Origin: Bryobacterales bacterium
GTDB taxonomy: Bacteria; Acidobacteriota; Terriglobia; Bryobacterales; Bryobacteraceae
Length of the DNA stretch: 50,771 bases
Reading direction: 5' to 3'
Assembly (NCBI GenBank): GCA_025462945.1
Contig: JAOAPO010000494.1
Span: 1-50,771, forward strand
Below the pieces are notes generated by a model. That model was not told where the DNA came from. It saw only the letters and a program-made list of their open reading frames with translations, and made no database searches. Within the stretch, counting starts at the first letter, position 1. Every line of letters begins with the position of its first letter. Shown here piece after piece: positions 1 through 10,692 of the stretch. The translations under genes were made by a program, and so were the position numbers.

Positions 1-2883
1 GGTCATCAGGATGGGGCGGAAGCGGAGAAGACAGGCCTGATAAATGGCGTCACGGGGACTGAGTCCCTCGTTACGCTCAGCTGCCAGCGCGAAGTCGATC
101 ATCAGAATGGCGTTCTTCTTCACGATCCCGATCAACAGGATAATCGCAATCATCGCGATGATCGACAGCTCCGTGCGGAAGAGAACGAGGCCGATGAGAG
201 CTCCGACGCCGGCGGAGGGCAAGGTCGAGAGAATCGTCAGCGGGTGAATGAGGCTTTCGTACAGGATGCCGAGAACCACGTAGACGGCGATCAGCGCTGT
301 AAGAATCAGCGTTGGCTGGCTCTTCAGCGAATTCTGGTATGCCTGAGCCGTTCCGGCGAACTGGCCGGTGATTGCAGCGGGCATGCCCATCTCGATCTCG
401 GCTCGGTGGATAGCTTCTGTGGCGTCGCTGAGAGCGATGCCTTCCGCGAGATTGAACGAAATGGTGGTCGCCGGGAACTGGCCCTGGTGCGGCAGCGAAA
501 GCGGCGTCGTGCCCTCCGCGAAGGTCGCGAAGGTAGAGAGCGGGATACTGACACCGCGTGGCGTCTGCACGTAAATGCGATCGAGGACCTCAGGGCTGGC
601 CCACCACTCCTGCTGCAGTGCGAGAACCACGTGGTACTGGTTGATCGCCTTGTACATGGTGGAGACCTGGCGCTGGCCGAAGTTACTGTACAGCGCGCTG
701 TCCACAGCCTGAGCAGTGAGGCCGAGGCGAGAAGCCGTGTCGCGATCGATGGTGACGTTCGACGATAAGCCGGAACTCTGCTGATCCGAACTGACGTCCG
801 CGATTTCGGGCAACTGCATGAGCCGGCGCGTCACTTTGGGCGCCCACTCCTGGAGCATCGAAAGCTCCTGCGTCTGCATCGTGTACTGATACTGGGCGTC
901 CGACTGACGTCCGCCGATACGGATATCCTGAGCCGCCTGAAGGAAGAGCTGAGCGCCAGGCATACCGGCAGTCTTGCGCCGGATACGCGCAATGACTTCG
1001 TCCACTGTCGCTTTTCGCTGCTCGATGGGCTTCAACTGCAGGAACATCATCGCGCTGTTGCCGCCACCGCCGCGACCGCCGCCGCCACCGATCGAAACGT
1101 CGATAGTGTCAACGGCCGGATCACTGCGGACCTGCTGTTCGAAGTAGCGCGTTTTTTCAGAAAGGGCGGCGAAGGAAATATGCTGCTGACCGCGCACGTT
1201 GCCCTGAAGACGACCCGTATCCTGCTGCGGGAAGAAACCTTTCGGGATCTTGACGTAAAGGTAGACGTTGACGCCGATCGTCATGGCCATCAGCACCATG
1301 GTGAGCGCCGGATGCTTCAGGACAACGTGAAGGGCCGACGCATAGGTGGAGATGATCCATTGGTAGAACCGCTCAGTGATGTTGTAGAGCCTGCCGTGCT
1401 TCGTTTCGGTCTTCAGCATCCGCGCGCACATCATCGGGGTCGCCGTGAGCGAAACGACCATGGAAATCAGGATGGCGGTAGAGAGGACGACGGCGAATTC
1501 GCGGAACAGGCGTCCGACGATACCGCCCATCATCAGGATGGGGATGAAGACGGCAATCAGCGAGATGCTGATGGAGAGAACAGTGAAACCGATCTCCTGC
1601 GCGCCTTTGAGCGACGCCTGCATCGGCGAGTAGCCCAGTTCGATGTAGCGGGTAATGTTCTCGATGACGACGATGGCATCGTCCACCACGAAGCCGGTGG
1701 CAATGGTTAGTGCCATGACCGAAAGGTTGTCGAGGGTGTACCCGCAAAGATACATGACGGCGAAAGTGCCGATCAGTGAAATCGGTACAGAGATGGTAGG
1801 AATGAGGGTGGCGCGCCAGTTCCGGAGGAACACGAACACAACGACGATGACAAGGCTGATGGAAATCAGCATGTTGCGCTCGGCATCGGCGACGGAGGCG
1901 CGGATGGTGTTGGTGCGGTCGTTATCGACGCTAAGCCGGATGGTGGGCGGCAAGGCGGCCTGGAACTGCGGCAGAATGGCGCGAACACGGTCGACGGTCG
2001 CAATGATGTTCGCGTTCGGCTGGCGACTGATCATCAGCAGGACGGCTGGCTTTCCGTTCGCAAGACCCATGTTGCGGACGTCTTCGACCGAATCAATCAC
2101 GTTGCCGAGTTCAGACAGGCGGATCGGCGAACCGTTGCGATAAAGGACGACGAGGTTGCGGTAGTCTTTCGCCTCCATCAGCTGATCGCTGGTGGACAGC
2201 GGATAGCGGAATTCGTCGCTCGAGATCTCACCTTTGGGAGCATTGGCGTTGGCGGAGCGCAGGAAGTTGGCGACCTGGTCCATGCCGACGTTATAGCGAG
2301 ATACGGGCTGCGGGTTCATCTCCACGCGGACGGCGGGAAGAGAGCTGCCACCCACCTGCACCTGGCCGACGCCTTCGATCTGCGCGAGTTTCTGGGCGAA
2401 GACGGAGGAGGCGATGTCATACATTTGCGGCGTGGGAACCACGTCGGACTGCATGGAAAGAATCAGAATCGGCTGGTCGGAAGGGTTGACCTTGCGATAG
2501 CGGGGGTTCGTGGGCAGGTTGGCCGGGAGGTAAGCCTTGGCCGCTTGAACGGCTGCGGAAACGTCACGCGCTGCGGAGTTGATGTCGCGGCTGAGATCGA
2601 ACTGGAGAATGACGCTGGCCGAGCCGAGAGAGCTGTTCGACGTCATCTCGGTGACGCCTGCAATGTGCGAGAGTTGCTTTTCGAGAGGCGTCGCAACCGA
2701 CGCAGCCATCACTTCAGGGCTGCCACCCGGAAGGCTGGCACTGACGAAGATAGTGGGGTAATCGACCTGGGGCAGAGGTGAAACGGGCAGCAATGTAAAG
2801 GCAAGCGACCCGGCGATCGCAATCCCGATCATCAGAAGGGTGGTGGCTACCGGTCGCTTAATAAACGGCGATGAAACGCTCAC
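1..2883 (-). CDS. mdtC: RND (HAE1) efflux permease, second tandem pump subunit (MdtC-like); C-terminal end lies beyond the left window edge
   Basis: Absent from the ORF track because it is open at the window edge. Reverse-strand reading from GTG (2883..2881) gives [77 protein letters not shown]..., a canonical AcrB/MdtC N-terminus. The last in-window codons read ..[10 protein letters not shown], matching [10 protein letters not shown] near the C-terminus of the upstream paralogue. The GTG overlaps the upstream TGA (GTGA). Confidence 0.85.
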   Translation of the reverse strand, partial: MSVSSPFIKRPVATTLLMIGIAIAGSLAFTLLPVSPLPQVDYPTIFVSASLPGGSPEVMAASVATPLEKQLSHIAGVTEMTSNSSLGSASVILQFDLSRDINSAARDVSAAVQAAKAYLPANLPTNPRYRKVNPSDQPILILSMQSDVVPTPQMYDIASSVFAQKLAQIEGVGQVQVGGSSLPAVRVEMNPQPVSRYNVGMDQVANFLRSANANAPKGEISSDEFRYPLSTSDQLMEAKDYRNLVVLYRNGSPIRLSELGNVIDSVEDVRNMGLANGKPAVLLMISRQPNANIIATVDRVRAILPQFQAALPPTIRLSVDNDRTNTIRASVADAERNMLISISLVIVVVFVFLRNWRATLIPTISVPISLIGTFAVMYLCGYTLDNLSVMALTIATGFVVDDAIVVIENITRYIELGYSPMQASLKGAQEIGFTVLSISISLIAVFIPILMMGGIVGRLFREFAVVLSTAILISMVVSLTATPMMCARMLKTETKHGRLYNITERFYQWIISTYASALHVVLKHPALTMVLMAMTIGVNVYLYVKIPKGFFPQQDTGRLQGNVRGQQHISFAALSEKTRYFEQQVRSDPAVDTIDVSIGGGGGRGGGGNSAMMFLQLKPIEQRKATVDEVIARIRRKTAGMPGAQLFLQAAQDIRIGGRQSDAQYQYTMQTQELSMLQEWAPKVTRRLMQLPEIADVSSDQQSSGLSSNVTIDRDTASRLGLTAQAVDSALYSNFGQRQVSTMYKAINQYHVVLALQQEWWASPEVLDRIYVQTPRGVSIPLSTFATFAEGTTPLSLPHQGQFPATTISFNLAEGIALSDATEAIHRAEIEMGMPAAITGQFAGTAQAYQNSLKSQPTLILTALIAVYVVLGILYESLIHPLTILSTLPSAGVGALIGLVLFRTELSIIAMIAIILLIGIVKKNAILMIDFALAAERNEGLSPRDAIYQACLLRFRPILMT

Positions 2884-5800
2884 AGGGCCTCCGGGATCAC
2901 GGTCAGGTTTTCCTGCCGGTCAGCTTTCGGTGCCCGGTGCAGCAGGGCTTGCAGGCGAGCGAAGAACAGGTAGACCACGGGAGTGGTGAACAGGGTCAAA
3001 ACCTGACTGACCACCAGCCCGCCGATGATGGTGATGCCGAGAGGTCTGCGAAGTTCCGAACCCACGCCTGTGCCGAAGGCGAGAGGTACGGCACCAAGAA
3101 GGGCTGCCATTGTCGTCATCATGATGGGACGGAAGCGGAGCAGACAGGCCTGGTAGATTGCCTCCTGCGGCTTCTTGCCCTCTGTGCGCTCGGCTTCCAG
3201 CGCGAAGTCGATCATCTTGATGGCGTTCTTCTGAACGATGCCGATCAGCAGGATGATGCCAATGAGAGCGATGATGTCCAGATCCTCTTTGAAGAGGATG
3301 CGGGCGAGCAGCGCTCCCATACCGGCTGAGGGCAGCGAGGAAAGAATCGTAATCGGGTGGATGTAGCTCTCATAGAGGACGCCCAACACGATGTACACGG
3401 TGACGATGGCCGCCAGGATCAGCAGGCCCTGATTGGCCAGAGAGTTCTGGAACGCCCGGGCGGTACCCTGGAAAGCCGTTTCGATGCTGCCCGGCATGCC
3501 GATCTCGGACGGAACCTTCTTGATCTCTTCCACGGCGGCTCCGAGCGAGGCGCCGGGAGCGAGGTTGAAGGAGATGGTTGCTGCGGGGAACTGACTCTGG
3601 TGATTGATCGTCAGTGCTGCCGGGACTTCGTGGACCGAGGTGAAGGCCTCGAGAGGAACCTGAGCAAGACGTGCCGCGCCGGTGAGTGCGGTATTCGTAC
3701 CGGCGAGGGCGACCGTGGATGCCAGGTTCTGGGATGCCGAGCCGACACCCACATACAGGTGCTTCAGGGCTTCTTTGCTGCCCTGCCATTCCGGGCCCGC
3801 TTCGAGAACGACGTGATACTGATTTGATTGCGTAAAGATCGTGGAGACCTGACGCTGGCCGAAGGCGGAGTAAAGGGTATCGTCCACCATCTGGGGCGTG
3901 ATGCCGAAACGTCCGGCAGTGTCGCGGTCGATCTCGACGTGCAGGCCAACGCCGCCGTTGAGAAGATCGCTGGAGACGTCGCGAAGCGCGGGAATCTGGC
4001 TCATGCGCTCGACCATCTTTGGAACCCATTCATCGAGTGTCTTCTTCTCAGGGGCGTCCAGAGCGTATTGATACTGAGTACGGCTGATGCGGTCTTCGAC
4101 GGTGAGATCCTGAACGGGCTGCAGGAAGAGCTTGATCCCCTGCACCTGAGCCAGCTTCGGCTGCAGACGCCGGATGACTTCGACCGCGTTGATCTTGCGT
4201 TCTTCGAGCGGCTTCAGGGTGATCTGGATACGGCCGCTGTTGATGGTCGTGTTGAAGCCATCGACGCCGATGAAGGAGGTCAGATTTAGGACGGCCTCGT
4301 CTTCAAGAACGACCTTCGCCAGTGCCTGCTGCTTGATGGCCATCGCCGGGAACGAGATGGTTTCGGCGGCCGCGGAGATGCCCAGGATAACGCCGGTATC
4401 CTGCACCGGGAAGAAGCCTTTGGGAACGATGACGTAGAGGTAAGCCGTCACGCCGAGGGTGGCGATGGCGACCAGCAGCGTTACCGTCTGGAAACGCAGA
4501 ACCACTCGAAGAATCGCGCCGTAGATTTCAATGCTCTTTACGAAGCCCCACTCGGAGGCGCGATAGAACCAGCCCTGCTCGGAGGAGACGTGGTGTCTCA
4601 GGATGCGCGCCGACATCATCGGGGTGAGCGTCAGTGAAACGAACGCGGAAATGATGATCGTGACCGCAAGCGTAACGGCAAACTCGCGGAACAGGCGCCC
4701 GACGATATCCGCCATGAACAGCAGCGGAATCAGCACGGCAATCAACGATACGGTGAGCGAAACGATGGTGAAGCCGATTTCCGCTGACCCTTTGAGAGCG
4801 GCCGCCATGGGAGTCTCGCCCATCTCGATGTAGCGCGAAATGTTCTCGATCATGACGATCGCATCATCGACAACGAAACCTGTCGAGATGGTCAGGGCCA
4901 TGAGCGAAAGGTTATCGAGACTGTAGTCGAGAAGGTACATCACGGCAAAGGTGCCGATGAGTGACAGAGGTACCGCGACGCTGGGAATGATGGTCGCCGA
5001 GAAACTGCGCAGGAACAGGAAGATGACCATCACGACGAGTCCGATAGTCAGGACGAGAGTGAACTCCACGTCTTCCACTGATGCGCGGATGGTGGTCGTA
5101 CGGTCAGTGATCACGCTGATTTTGACGGACTCGGGCAGCGACGCCTGAATCTGCGGGATCAGAGCCTGGATGTTGTCGACGACGCCGATGATATTGGTGC
5201 CGGGCTGACGCTGGATGTTAACGATGATCGCCGGGGTTGTGTTCACCCAGGCCGCCTGATGACGATTCTCGGCGCCGTCGATGATCACGGCAACATCCCG
5301 CAGCCGAACCGGCGCGCCGTTACGGTAAGCAATTACGATGGGCGCGTACTGTTCACCGGACTGGAGCTGGTCGTTATTGTTGATGGTCCACGCCTGCGTA
5401 GGGCCGTCGAAATTCCCTTTGGCCGCATTGACGTTCGCGCTGGCAAGGGCCTGCCGGAGTGTTTCGAGGCTGAGACCGTAGGAGGCGAGCGCAACAGGGT
5501 TGGCCTGAACGCGAACTGCCGGGCGCTGACCGCCGCTGATGGTCACGAGGCCCACGCCCCTGAGCTGCGAAATGCGCTGCGCCATGCGGGTTTCGGCGAG
5601 TTCCTGGACCTTCGTCAGAGGCACGACATCGGACGTAATAGCCAGCGTGAGGATTGGCGAATCGGCCGGATTCGTCTTCGAGTAAATAGGAGGGGTGGGA
5701 AGTTCGCGCGGGAGGAAGGTACCGGCACCGTTGATCGCGGCCTGCACTTCCTGCTCCGCAATGTCGATATCGAGATCGAGACCGAACTGCAGCGTGATGA

Positions 5801-6068
5801 CAGAGCTGCCGAAAGAACTGATCGATGTCATCTGCGTCAGGCCGGGGACCTGACCGAACTGCTTTTCAAGAGGTGCAGTAACGGACGACGTCATTACCTC
5901 GGGGCTGGCCCCGGGATAGAACGTCTGGATCTGAATAGTGGGGTAGTCAACCTGCGGCAGCGCCGAAACCGGCAGCTGCATAAACGCGACAATTCCAACC
6001 AGCACCAACCCCACCATCATCAGTGAGGTTGCAACCGGACGCTCGATGAAAATGCGCGACGGGTTCAC
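2880..6068 (-). CDS. mdtB: RND (HAE1) multidrug efflux permease, first tandem pump subunit (MdtB-like), 1062 aa
   Basis: Full-length [84 protein letters not shown] and [27 protein letters not shown] are colinear with E. coli MdtB as I recall it. The MFP-RND-RND order equals mdtABC. Confidence 0.9.
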   Translation of the reverse strand: MNPSRIFIERPVATSLMMVGLVLVGIVAFMQLPVSALPQVDYPTIQIQTFYPGASPEVMTSSVTAPLEKQFGQVPGLTQMTSISSFGSSVITLQFGLDLDIDIAEQEVQAAINGAGTFLPRELPTPPIYSKTNPADSPILTLAITSDVVPLTKVQELAETRMAQRISQLRGVGLVTISGGQRPAVRVQANPVALASYGLSLETLRQALASANVNAAKGNFDGPTQAWTINNNDQLQSGEQYAPIVIAYRNGAPVRLRDVAVIIDGAENRHQAAWVNTTPAIIVNIQRQPGTNIIGVVDNIQALIPQIQASLPESVKISVITDRTTTIRASVEDVEFTLVLTIGLVVMVIFLFLRSFSATIIPSVAVPLSLIGTFAVMYLLDYSLDNLSLMALTISTGFVVDDAIVMIENISRYIEMGETPMAAALKGSAEIGFTIVSLTVSLIAVLIPLLFMADIVGRLFREFAVTLAVTIIISAFVSLTLTPMMSARILRHHVSSEQGWFYRASEWGFVKSIEIYGAILRVVLRFQTVTLLVAIATLGVTAYLYVIVPKGFFPVQDTGVILGISAAAETISFPAMAIKQQALAKVVLEDEAVLNLTSFIGVDGFNTTINSGRIQITLKPLEERKINAVEVIRRLQPKLAQVQGIKLFLQPVQDLTVEDRISRTQYQYALDAPEKKTLDEWVPKMVERMSQIPALRDVSSDLLNGGVGLHVEIDRDTAGRFGITPQMVDDTLYSAFGQRQVSTIFTQSNQYHVVLEAGPEWQGSKEALKHLYVGVGSASQNLASTVALAGTNTALTGAARLAQVPLEAFTSVHEVPAALTINHQSQFPAATISFNLAPGASLGAAVEEIKKVPSEIGMPGSIETAFQGTARAFQNSLANQGLLILAAIVTVYIVLGVLYESYIHPITILSSLPSAGMGALLARILFKEDLDIIALIGIILLIGIVQKNAIKMIDFALEAERTEGKKPQEAIYQACLLRFRPIMMTTMAALLGAVPLAFGTGVGSELRRPLGITIIGGLVVSQVLTLFTTPVVYLFFARLQALLHRAPKADRQENLTVIPEAL

Positions 6069-7505
6069 TTACCGGTCCCCGCCCTTTTTGCCCCGACCGC
6101 CACGACGGCCTTCGCCATTCGGAGCAGCAGCGGCACCGGACTCCATAGCTGCCTGCCCCGCCGGACCGCCGCCAGGAGCAGCGCCCGCTTCAGCGCCCCG
6201 ACCCGCGCGACCGCCTCGGCCACGACCACCACCGCCGGCACCAGAGGCATCTTCGCCCGGCTTGCGTACACGGACCGGACTCCCATTCTGGAGGCGATCG
6301 ATGCCGTCGACAACAACCGCGTCTTCCAGAGTCAGACCCTTCCTGATGACAGTGTTCTCTCCGTCAGCCTGGCCCGGATCTACCTGACGCATCTGTACCT
6401 TCGCGTCTGCATTTGAACCAGTCACGACGTAAACGAACGGACCCTGCTGGCCGCGCTGCACCGCGGCTGTCGGAACGACGATCTGGTCACGCAGCACATC
6501 GACCAGCAAACGGACATTGATGAACTGGTTCGGGAACAGGCTGTGATCGGTGTTTTCAAAAACGGCTTTCAGGCGGGAGGTACCCGTAGTGGTGTCGATC
6601 TGGTTGTCGACGGTGAGCAGGTATCCGCTGGCGAGCTTCTGCGAGTTGTCGCGATTGAAGGCATCTACTGTGAGGCGGGCACCTGTACGGATACGAGCCA
6701 TCACCTGGGGCAGCGCGTCTTCCGGGATCGTGAAGAAGGCAGAAATCGGCTGCAACTGTGTGAGGACGAGAAGTCCGCTGGCATCGGCCGCCCGGACGAT
6801 GTTACCCGGATCGACCAAACGAATACCGACGGTGCCCGAGATTGGCGCCGTGACATTGGCGTAGGTCAACTGCAGACGGGCATTATTCACGTTGGCTTCG
6901 TCGGTCTTGATGTTGCCTTCCAGTTGGGCCACGGTGGCGCGCTGAGTATCGAGAACCTGCCGCGGCACCGCGTCCTGCTCAAGAAGGGTCGTGTAGCGGG
7001 TCAAATCCAGCTTGGCATTCGTAAGCAGCGCGTTATCGCGAGCCAGCGCACCTTGCGCCTGCTGGAGTTGAACTTCGAAGGGACGAGGATCGATCTCGGC
7101 AAGAAGCTGACCTTCCTTAACCGTCTCGCCTTCTTTGAAATGAATCTTCATCAGCTGGCCGTCGACACGGCTTTTCACGGTGACGATGTAGAACGCGATC
7201 ACGTTGCCAAGGCCGTTCAGGTAGACCGGCACGTTCGCTTTTTTCGCCTTTGCGACCGAAACGGGAGTGGGACCGAAAGCGCCCCTGCCCCGACCGCCGG
7301 CGCGACCGCCGCCACCACCGCCAGGGGTCGCGACCAGGCCGGGCTGTCCGGCGCGCCAGACCGCGTACCCGGCAACTCCGCCGATGAGCAGCAGCACGAC
7401 GACCCAGATCAGGCCGCGCTTCTTCGGCTTGTCGTGATGTGAGGGGCCTCCGATTACCGGTGCGGCGTGTTCTGTGGAAAGGTTAGTTGGAGTGTTCGTC
7501 GTCAT
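6069..7505 (-). CDS. mdtA: Efflux RND periplasmic adaptor (membrane fusion protein, MdtA-like) with Gly/Arg-rich low-complexity insert and tail
   Basis: 478-aa ORF directly abutting mdtB. It has an N-terminal TM anchor (LIWVVVLLLIGGVAGYAVW), an HlyD/MFP core (VKSRVDGQLMKIHFKEGETVKEGQLLAEIDPRPF; LTYANVTAPISGTVG) and an RGG-rich C-terminal tail. Confidence 0.85.
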   Translation of the reverse strand: MTTNTPTNLSTEHAAPVIGGPSHHDKPKKRGLIWVVVLLLIGGVAGYAVWRAGQPGLVATPGGGGGGRAGGRGRGAFGPTPVSVAKAKKANVPVYLNGLGNVIAFYIVTVKSRVDGQLMKIHFKEGETVKEGQLLAEIDPRPFEVQLQQAQGALARDNALLTNAKLDLTRYTTLLEQDAVPRQVLDTQRATVAQLEGNIKTDEANVNNARLQLTYANVTAPISGTVGIRLVDPGNIVRAADASGLLVLTQLQPISAFFTIPEDALPQVMARIRTGARLTVDAFNRDNSQKLASGYLLTVDNQIDTTTGTSRLKAVFENTDHSLFPNQFINVRLLVDVLRDQIVVPTAAVQRGQQGPFVYVVTGSNADAKVQMRQVDPGQADGENTVIRKGLTLEDAVVVDGIDRLQNGSPVRVRKPGEDASGAGGGGRGRGGRAGRGAEAGAAPGGGPAGQAAMESGAAAAPNGEGRRGGRGKKGGDR

Positions 7506-7816
7506 TCAGCCCGCGTTTGCAAATACCTGATATATCTAATGGACTACAGTCCTGACCCCGAGGTAACGTGGGACAAAGGTCAGATCATAATCATAACCGC
7601 CACCGGCTCAAGCTCGACAGGGTCTTGCGCTGCGGCTGGGAGCGCGGTTGGATCTCACTTCGGAGTGCGTCCTTACGATTGTACTTCCAGGATCAATGGT
7701 TTGGCACGCCCCGACCCCGGCCCGCGCAGAGGCAGCGTCTGCAGCGCGCCTTGCTGGCTTGGCGTTTTCGGCCATTGTAAATACTGGTAAAAGGGTTCTC
7801 GAATGAACAAAAGAAG

Positions 7817-8710
7817 TCAGTGCGCCGCAAACCATGCCAGCGTCCGCGATTCGAACTCGACACCGAGGGTCGCCCAAAGGTTCGCGTGCTTCCCGCTCTC
7901 GACCAGCCACAGGGTCGCGACGGCGGGGTTGGCGGCGGCCAAACGGCGCGAGTTCTCCGGCGACGTCAGGTTGTCCTGCAGTCCATGGGCAAGAAGGACC
8001 GGAGTTCGCGTTTTCCGCACACCGTCCAGCGCGGACGCACGGCTCAGGGGGACGCCGTACCGGAGGTCGGACCAAAGCATTCCGGCGGCAACCACTGGCG
8101 TTGCGATCCAATGGAGTCCGGCCGGTGCCTGGCGAGCGATCCGTTCGTTGGCGATGGACGGGAAATCGACGAAGGCGCTTTCTGCAACCACCGCCCGGAA
8201 GCGCTGCTCCTGTTTGAGTGATTCCAGCATGACCGAGGCCCCCAGTGAAACTCCGAAACCGTACAGTCGCTGGACGCCCGGTTGCCGCTGGAGCCAGTCA
8301 AGCCACGCGCGGACGTCCGCTTCGTCCTGGATCCCGTAGCTGACTAGTCCGCCGGATTCACCGTGTCCGCGGATGTCTGGCGTCAGAACGGCGTAGCCGG
8401 CCTTCTCATAGACCACGCCGAGACCAACGACGTCGGCGCGATTACCACCCACGCCGTGCAGCATCAGCAAAGCCCCGCCATTTGAGGTTTCCGGTTCGTA
8501 GTACCAGCCTTTTAGCAGGGTTCCGTCGGCCGACCGCGTTTCTACCGACCGGCAGTGGACTCGCGCAACACAGGGACACACAGAGGCGACCGGCAGGCGA
8601 GCTGGCTGAAGTGCGTCGGTCGCGGCAACGGCCCCTGCGACGATGATCGCCGTGCAACCCGCAACCAAAGACAGCGCCGTGATTCGGAGGCTGCGGGACA
8701 CGTGCGACAT
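7817..8710 (-). CDS. Exported alpha/beta-fold hydrolase (probable lipoprotein)
   Basis: 297-aa ORF. Lipobox-like LVAGC near the N-terminus. HG motif (LMLHGVGGN), nucleophile elbow GVSLG, and a C-terminal H in GKHANLW. Confidence 0.7.
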   Translation of the reverse strand: MSHVSRSLRITALSLVAGCTAIIVAGAVAATDALQPARLPVASVCPCVARVHCRSVETRSADGTLLKGWYYEPETSNGGALLMLHGVGGNRADVVGLGVVYEKAGYAVLTPDIRGHGESGGLVSYGIQDEADVRAWLDWLQRQPGVQRLYGFGVSLGASVMLESLKQEQRFRAVVAESAFVDFPSIANERIARQAPAGLHWIATPVVAAGMLWSDLRYGVPLSRASALDGVRKTRTPVLLAHGLQDNLTSPENSRRLAAANPAVATLWLVESGKHANLWATLGVEFESRTLAWFAAH

Positions 8711-8755
8711 CTACCCTGTGAGGATAACTTGAACTCCAGGATAATCTGGGGCAGC

Positions 8756-9697
8756 ATGCGGGTAGCCATCATCGCGGACGATTTGACGGGTGCGTGCGAC
8801 GCCGCAGTGCATTTCCAGTGTGTGGGGCTGGCGACGGAGGTCAGGCTGGGGCAGGCGATTCCGGAGTCTGCCGTTGTGGCGTTCAGTACCGACAGCCGAG
8901 ATCTGCCCGGGGAAGAGATTCGGCGACGGATTCGGGCGGTCGCGAACGTGGTGCGGCCGGAGGTCGCCTTCAAGAAGATCGATTCCGTTCTGCGTGGTCG
9001 GCCCGGGTTCGAAATTTCGGTGGCTTTGGATGCCTTCGGGTGTGAGCTCGCGGTGATTACTCCGGCCTACCCGGAGCTCGGGCGGGTGGTATGCGGCGGC
9101 CTGCTGCAACTGCCGGAACCTCTGGATGTGGCGGCGAAGTTGGCCGCAGATGGCCTGGACCTCGGCAAGTGCCTGATTCTCGACGCCGCGACCAACGAGG
9201 ATCTGGATGCGATCGTTCGACGGGACCACGCCGCAAAGGTGCTTTGGTGCGGTTCCGGCGGTCTGGCACTGGCTTTGGCACGGCAGATGGGCATTTCGTC
9301 CAGGGCAGCTCCGAACCCTCCTCGGGGTCCCGTTACGTTTTGTATCGGGTCGACGCATCCTGTGACGCTTGCCCAGTTGGAATCCTTGGCTGCTCGTTGC
9401 GGCGGCAATCGATTGGTCGAGATTGATCGCAACAGGACTACCGCGGCGGAGATTCGGGAGTTGCTGGCTGGACCCCGCCCAGCCGCCTTATTCATCTGCG
9501 GCGGGGACACCGCGACCATGGTCCTGTCCGCCCTGGGCACCGAATCGATCTCGCTTCAGGGCGAGGTTGTACGTGGAGTTCCGTGGGGAATACTGCGCCA
9601 CGGGATAATGGACTCCGTGGCGGTGGTTACAAAATCCGGTGGCTTCGGCGCACCGGATACGTTGCTTCGCGTCGCCGCAATGTTCAATGAAACGTGA
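8756..9697 (+). CDS. Four-carbon acid sugar kinase family protein (DUF1537; OtnK/DtnK-like), short form of 313 aa
   Basis: The track ORF begins at 8555, but that part overlaps the divergent hydrolase. The family N-terminus MRVAIIADDLTGACDAA starts at ATG 8756. C-terminal motifs FICGGDTATMVL and VTKSGGFG are present. The stop overlaps the pdxA start (ATGA). Confidence 0.7.
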   Translation: MRVAIIADDLTGACDAAVHFQCVGLATEVRLGQAIPESAVVAFSTDSRDLPGEEIRRRIRAVANVVRPEVAFKKIDSVLRGRPGFEISVALDAFGCELAVITPAYPELGRVVCGGLLQLPEPLDVAAKLAADGLDLGKCLILDAATNEDLDAIVRRDHAAKVLWCGSGGLALALARQMGISSRAAPNPPRGPVTFCIGSTHPVTLAQLESLAARCGGNRLVEIDRNRTTAAEIRELLAGPRPAALFICGGDTATMVLSALGTESISLQGEVVRGVPWGILRHGIMDSVAVVTKSGGFGAPDTLLRVAAMFNET

Positions 9698-10668
9698 ATC
9701 GCATGAGCCAACCACTACCTCGCATTGCCCTTACGATGGGCGACCCTTCCGGGATCGGTCCCGAAATCATCGCCAAAGCCGTTGCTGATCCGGAAATGCG
9801 GGAGCTTGCGCGATGGGTGGTGGTAGGGGACGCCGATGTCTTGGCGCGCGCCTCCGCCGTCACCGGTTGCGAGATCCCGGCCGAGCAGATCCACGCAGCC
9901 ACGTCGGGGTTCGAGGGGTTCGAGTTCGGCAAGCTGGAGGGGCGTTACGGGAGCGCTGCCGTGGAGTACGTTCGAGTGGGCACGGAGATGTGCCGTGCCG
10001 GCGAAGCGCAGGCGATGGTGACGGCTCCTCTTAATAAGGAGGCGGTGACCTTATCCGGTCGGCCTTTTACCGGGCACACGGAATACATCGCCGGGCTCTG
10101 CCAGGCCACGGAATCGCGTATGTTGCTGGCATGCGAGAAGCTTTGCACGGTGCATGTCACCACGCATATGGCGCTTAGAAAAGCGTGCGAAGCCACGAAA
10201 GAGCGCATTGTGCGAACGATTCAGTTGGGCGACGAAGCGATGAAGCTGATGGGCTTCACCAACCCCCGGATCGCGGTGTGCGGCCTGAATCCACACGCGG
10301 GCGAGCACGGCCTGTTCGGAACTGAGGACGGGGCGAACATCCTGCCGGCAGTGGAGGAAGCGAAGGCGCTGGGGATCAACTGTTCGGGTCCGCATGCGGG
10401 AGATACCGTCTTCCTGCAGGGTTACCGAGGCGCTTACGACCTGATTGTTGCGATGTATCACGATCAGGGTCACATTCCGATGAAGCTGATCGACTTCGAG
10501 GGAACCGTCAATATCTCGATCGGCATACCGATCATCCGGACTTCGGTGGATCACGGGACCGCTTTCGATATCGCGGGTAAGAATCAGGCGGACCCGCGCA
10601 GCATGAAGCAGGCGATGAAGATGGCGGTCCGGATGGCACGGACCAAGATGAGTCTCGCAGCGGTCTGA
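9694..10668 (+). CDS. pdxA: PdxA-family NAD-dependent 4-hydroxythreonine-4-phosphate (or 4-phospho-tetronate) dehydrogenase
   Basis: Motifs MGDPSGIGPEII, FTGHTEY, GLNPHAGEHG, MYHDQGHIPMK, RTSVDHGTAFDIAG. Confidence 0.85.
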   Translation: MNRMSQPLPRIALTMGDPSGIGPEIIAKAVADPEMRELARWVVVGDADVLARASAVTGCEIPAEQIHAATSGFEGFEFGKLEGRYGSAAVEYVRVGTEMCRAGEAQAMVTAPLNKEAVTLSGRPFTGHTEYIAGLCQATESRMLLACEKLCTVHVTTHMALRKACEATKERIVRTIQLGDEAMKLMGFTNPRIAVCGLNPHAGEHGLFGTEDGANILPAVEEAKALGINCSGPHAGDTVFLQGYRGAYDLIVAMYHDQGHIPMKLIDFEGTVNISIGIPIIRTSVDHGTAFDIAGKNQADPRSMKQAMKMAVRMARTKMSLAAV

Positions 10669-10692
10669 CCTCGCGATAACCTGTTCATAGCT

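Noticed and set aside
44-2781. Several plus-strand ORFs (for example 244..768, 1180..1710, 1655..2143, 2425..2781)
   Set aside because: They lie antisense to a continuous reverse-strand reading frame with unmistakable RND-pump sequence. Their Arg/His/Gly-rich composition is typical of shadow ORFs in high-GC DNA.
3357-6387. Plus-strand ORFs inside mdtB and at the mdtA 3' end (3357..3827, 3828..4289, 5259..6026, and the Pro/Ala-rich 6046..6387)
   Set aside because: They are antisense shadows of well-supported efflux genes. The Pro/Ala-rich product of 6046..6387 is simply the complement of the Gly/Arg-rich MdtA tail.
7467-7790. 107-aa and 70-aa plus-strand ORFs in the mdtA upstream gap
   Set aside because: No SD and odd composition. 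The first overlaps the mdtA start on the other strand. I treat the region as non-coding.
8555-8755. N-terminal 67-codon extension of the kinase ORF given in the track
   Set aside because: It overlaps the divergent hydrolase gene and has Arg-rich nonsense-like sequence. The conserved family N-terminus begins at ATG 8756.
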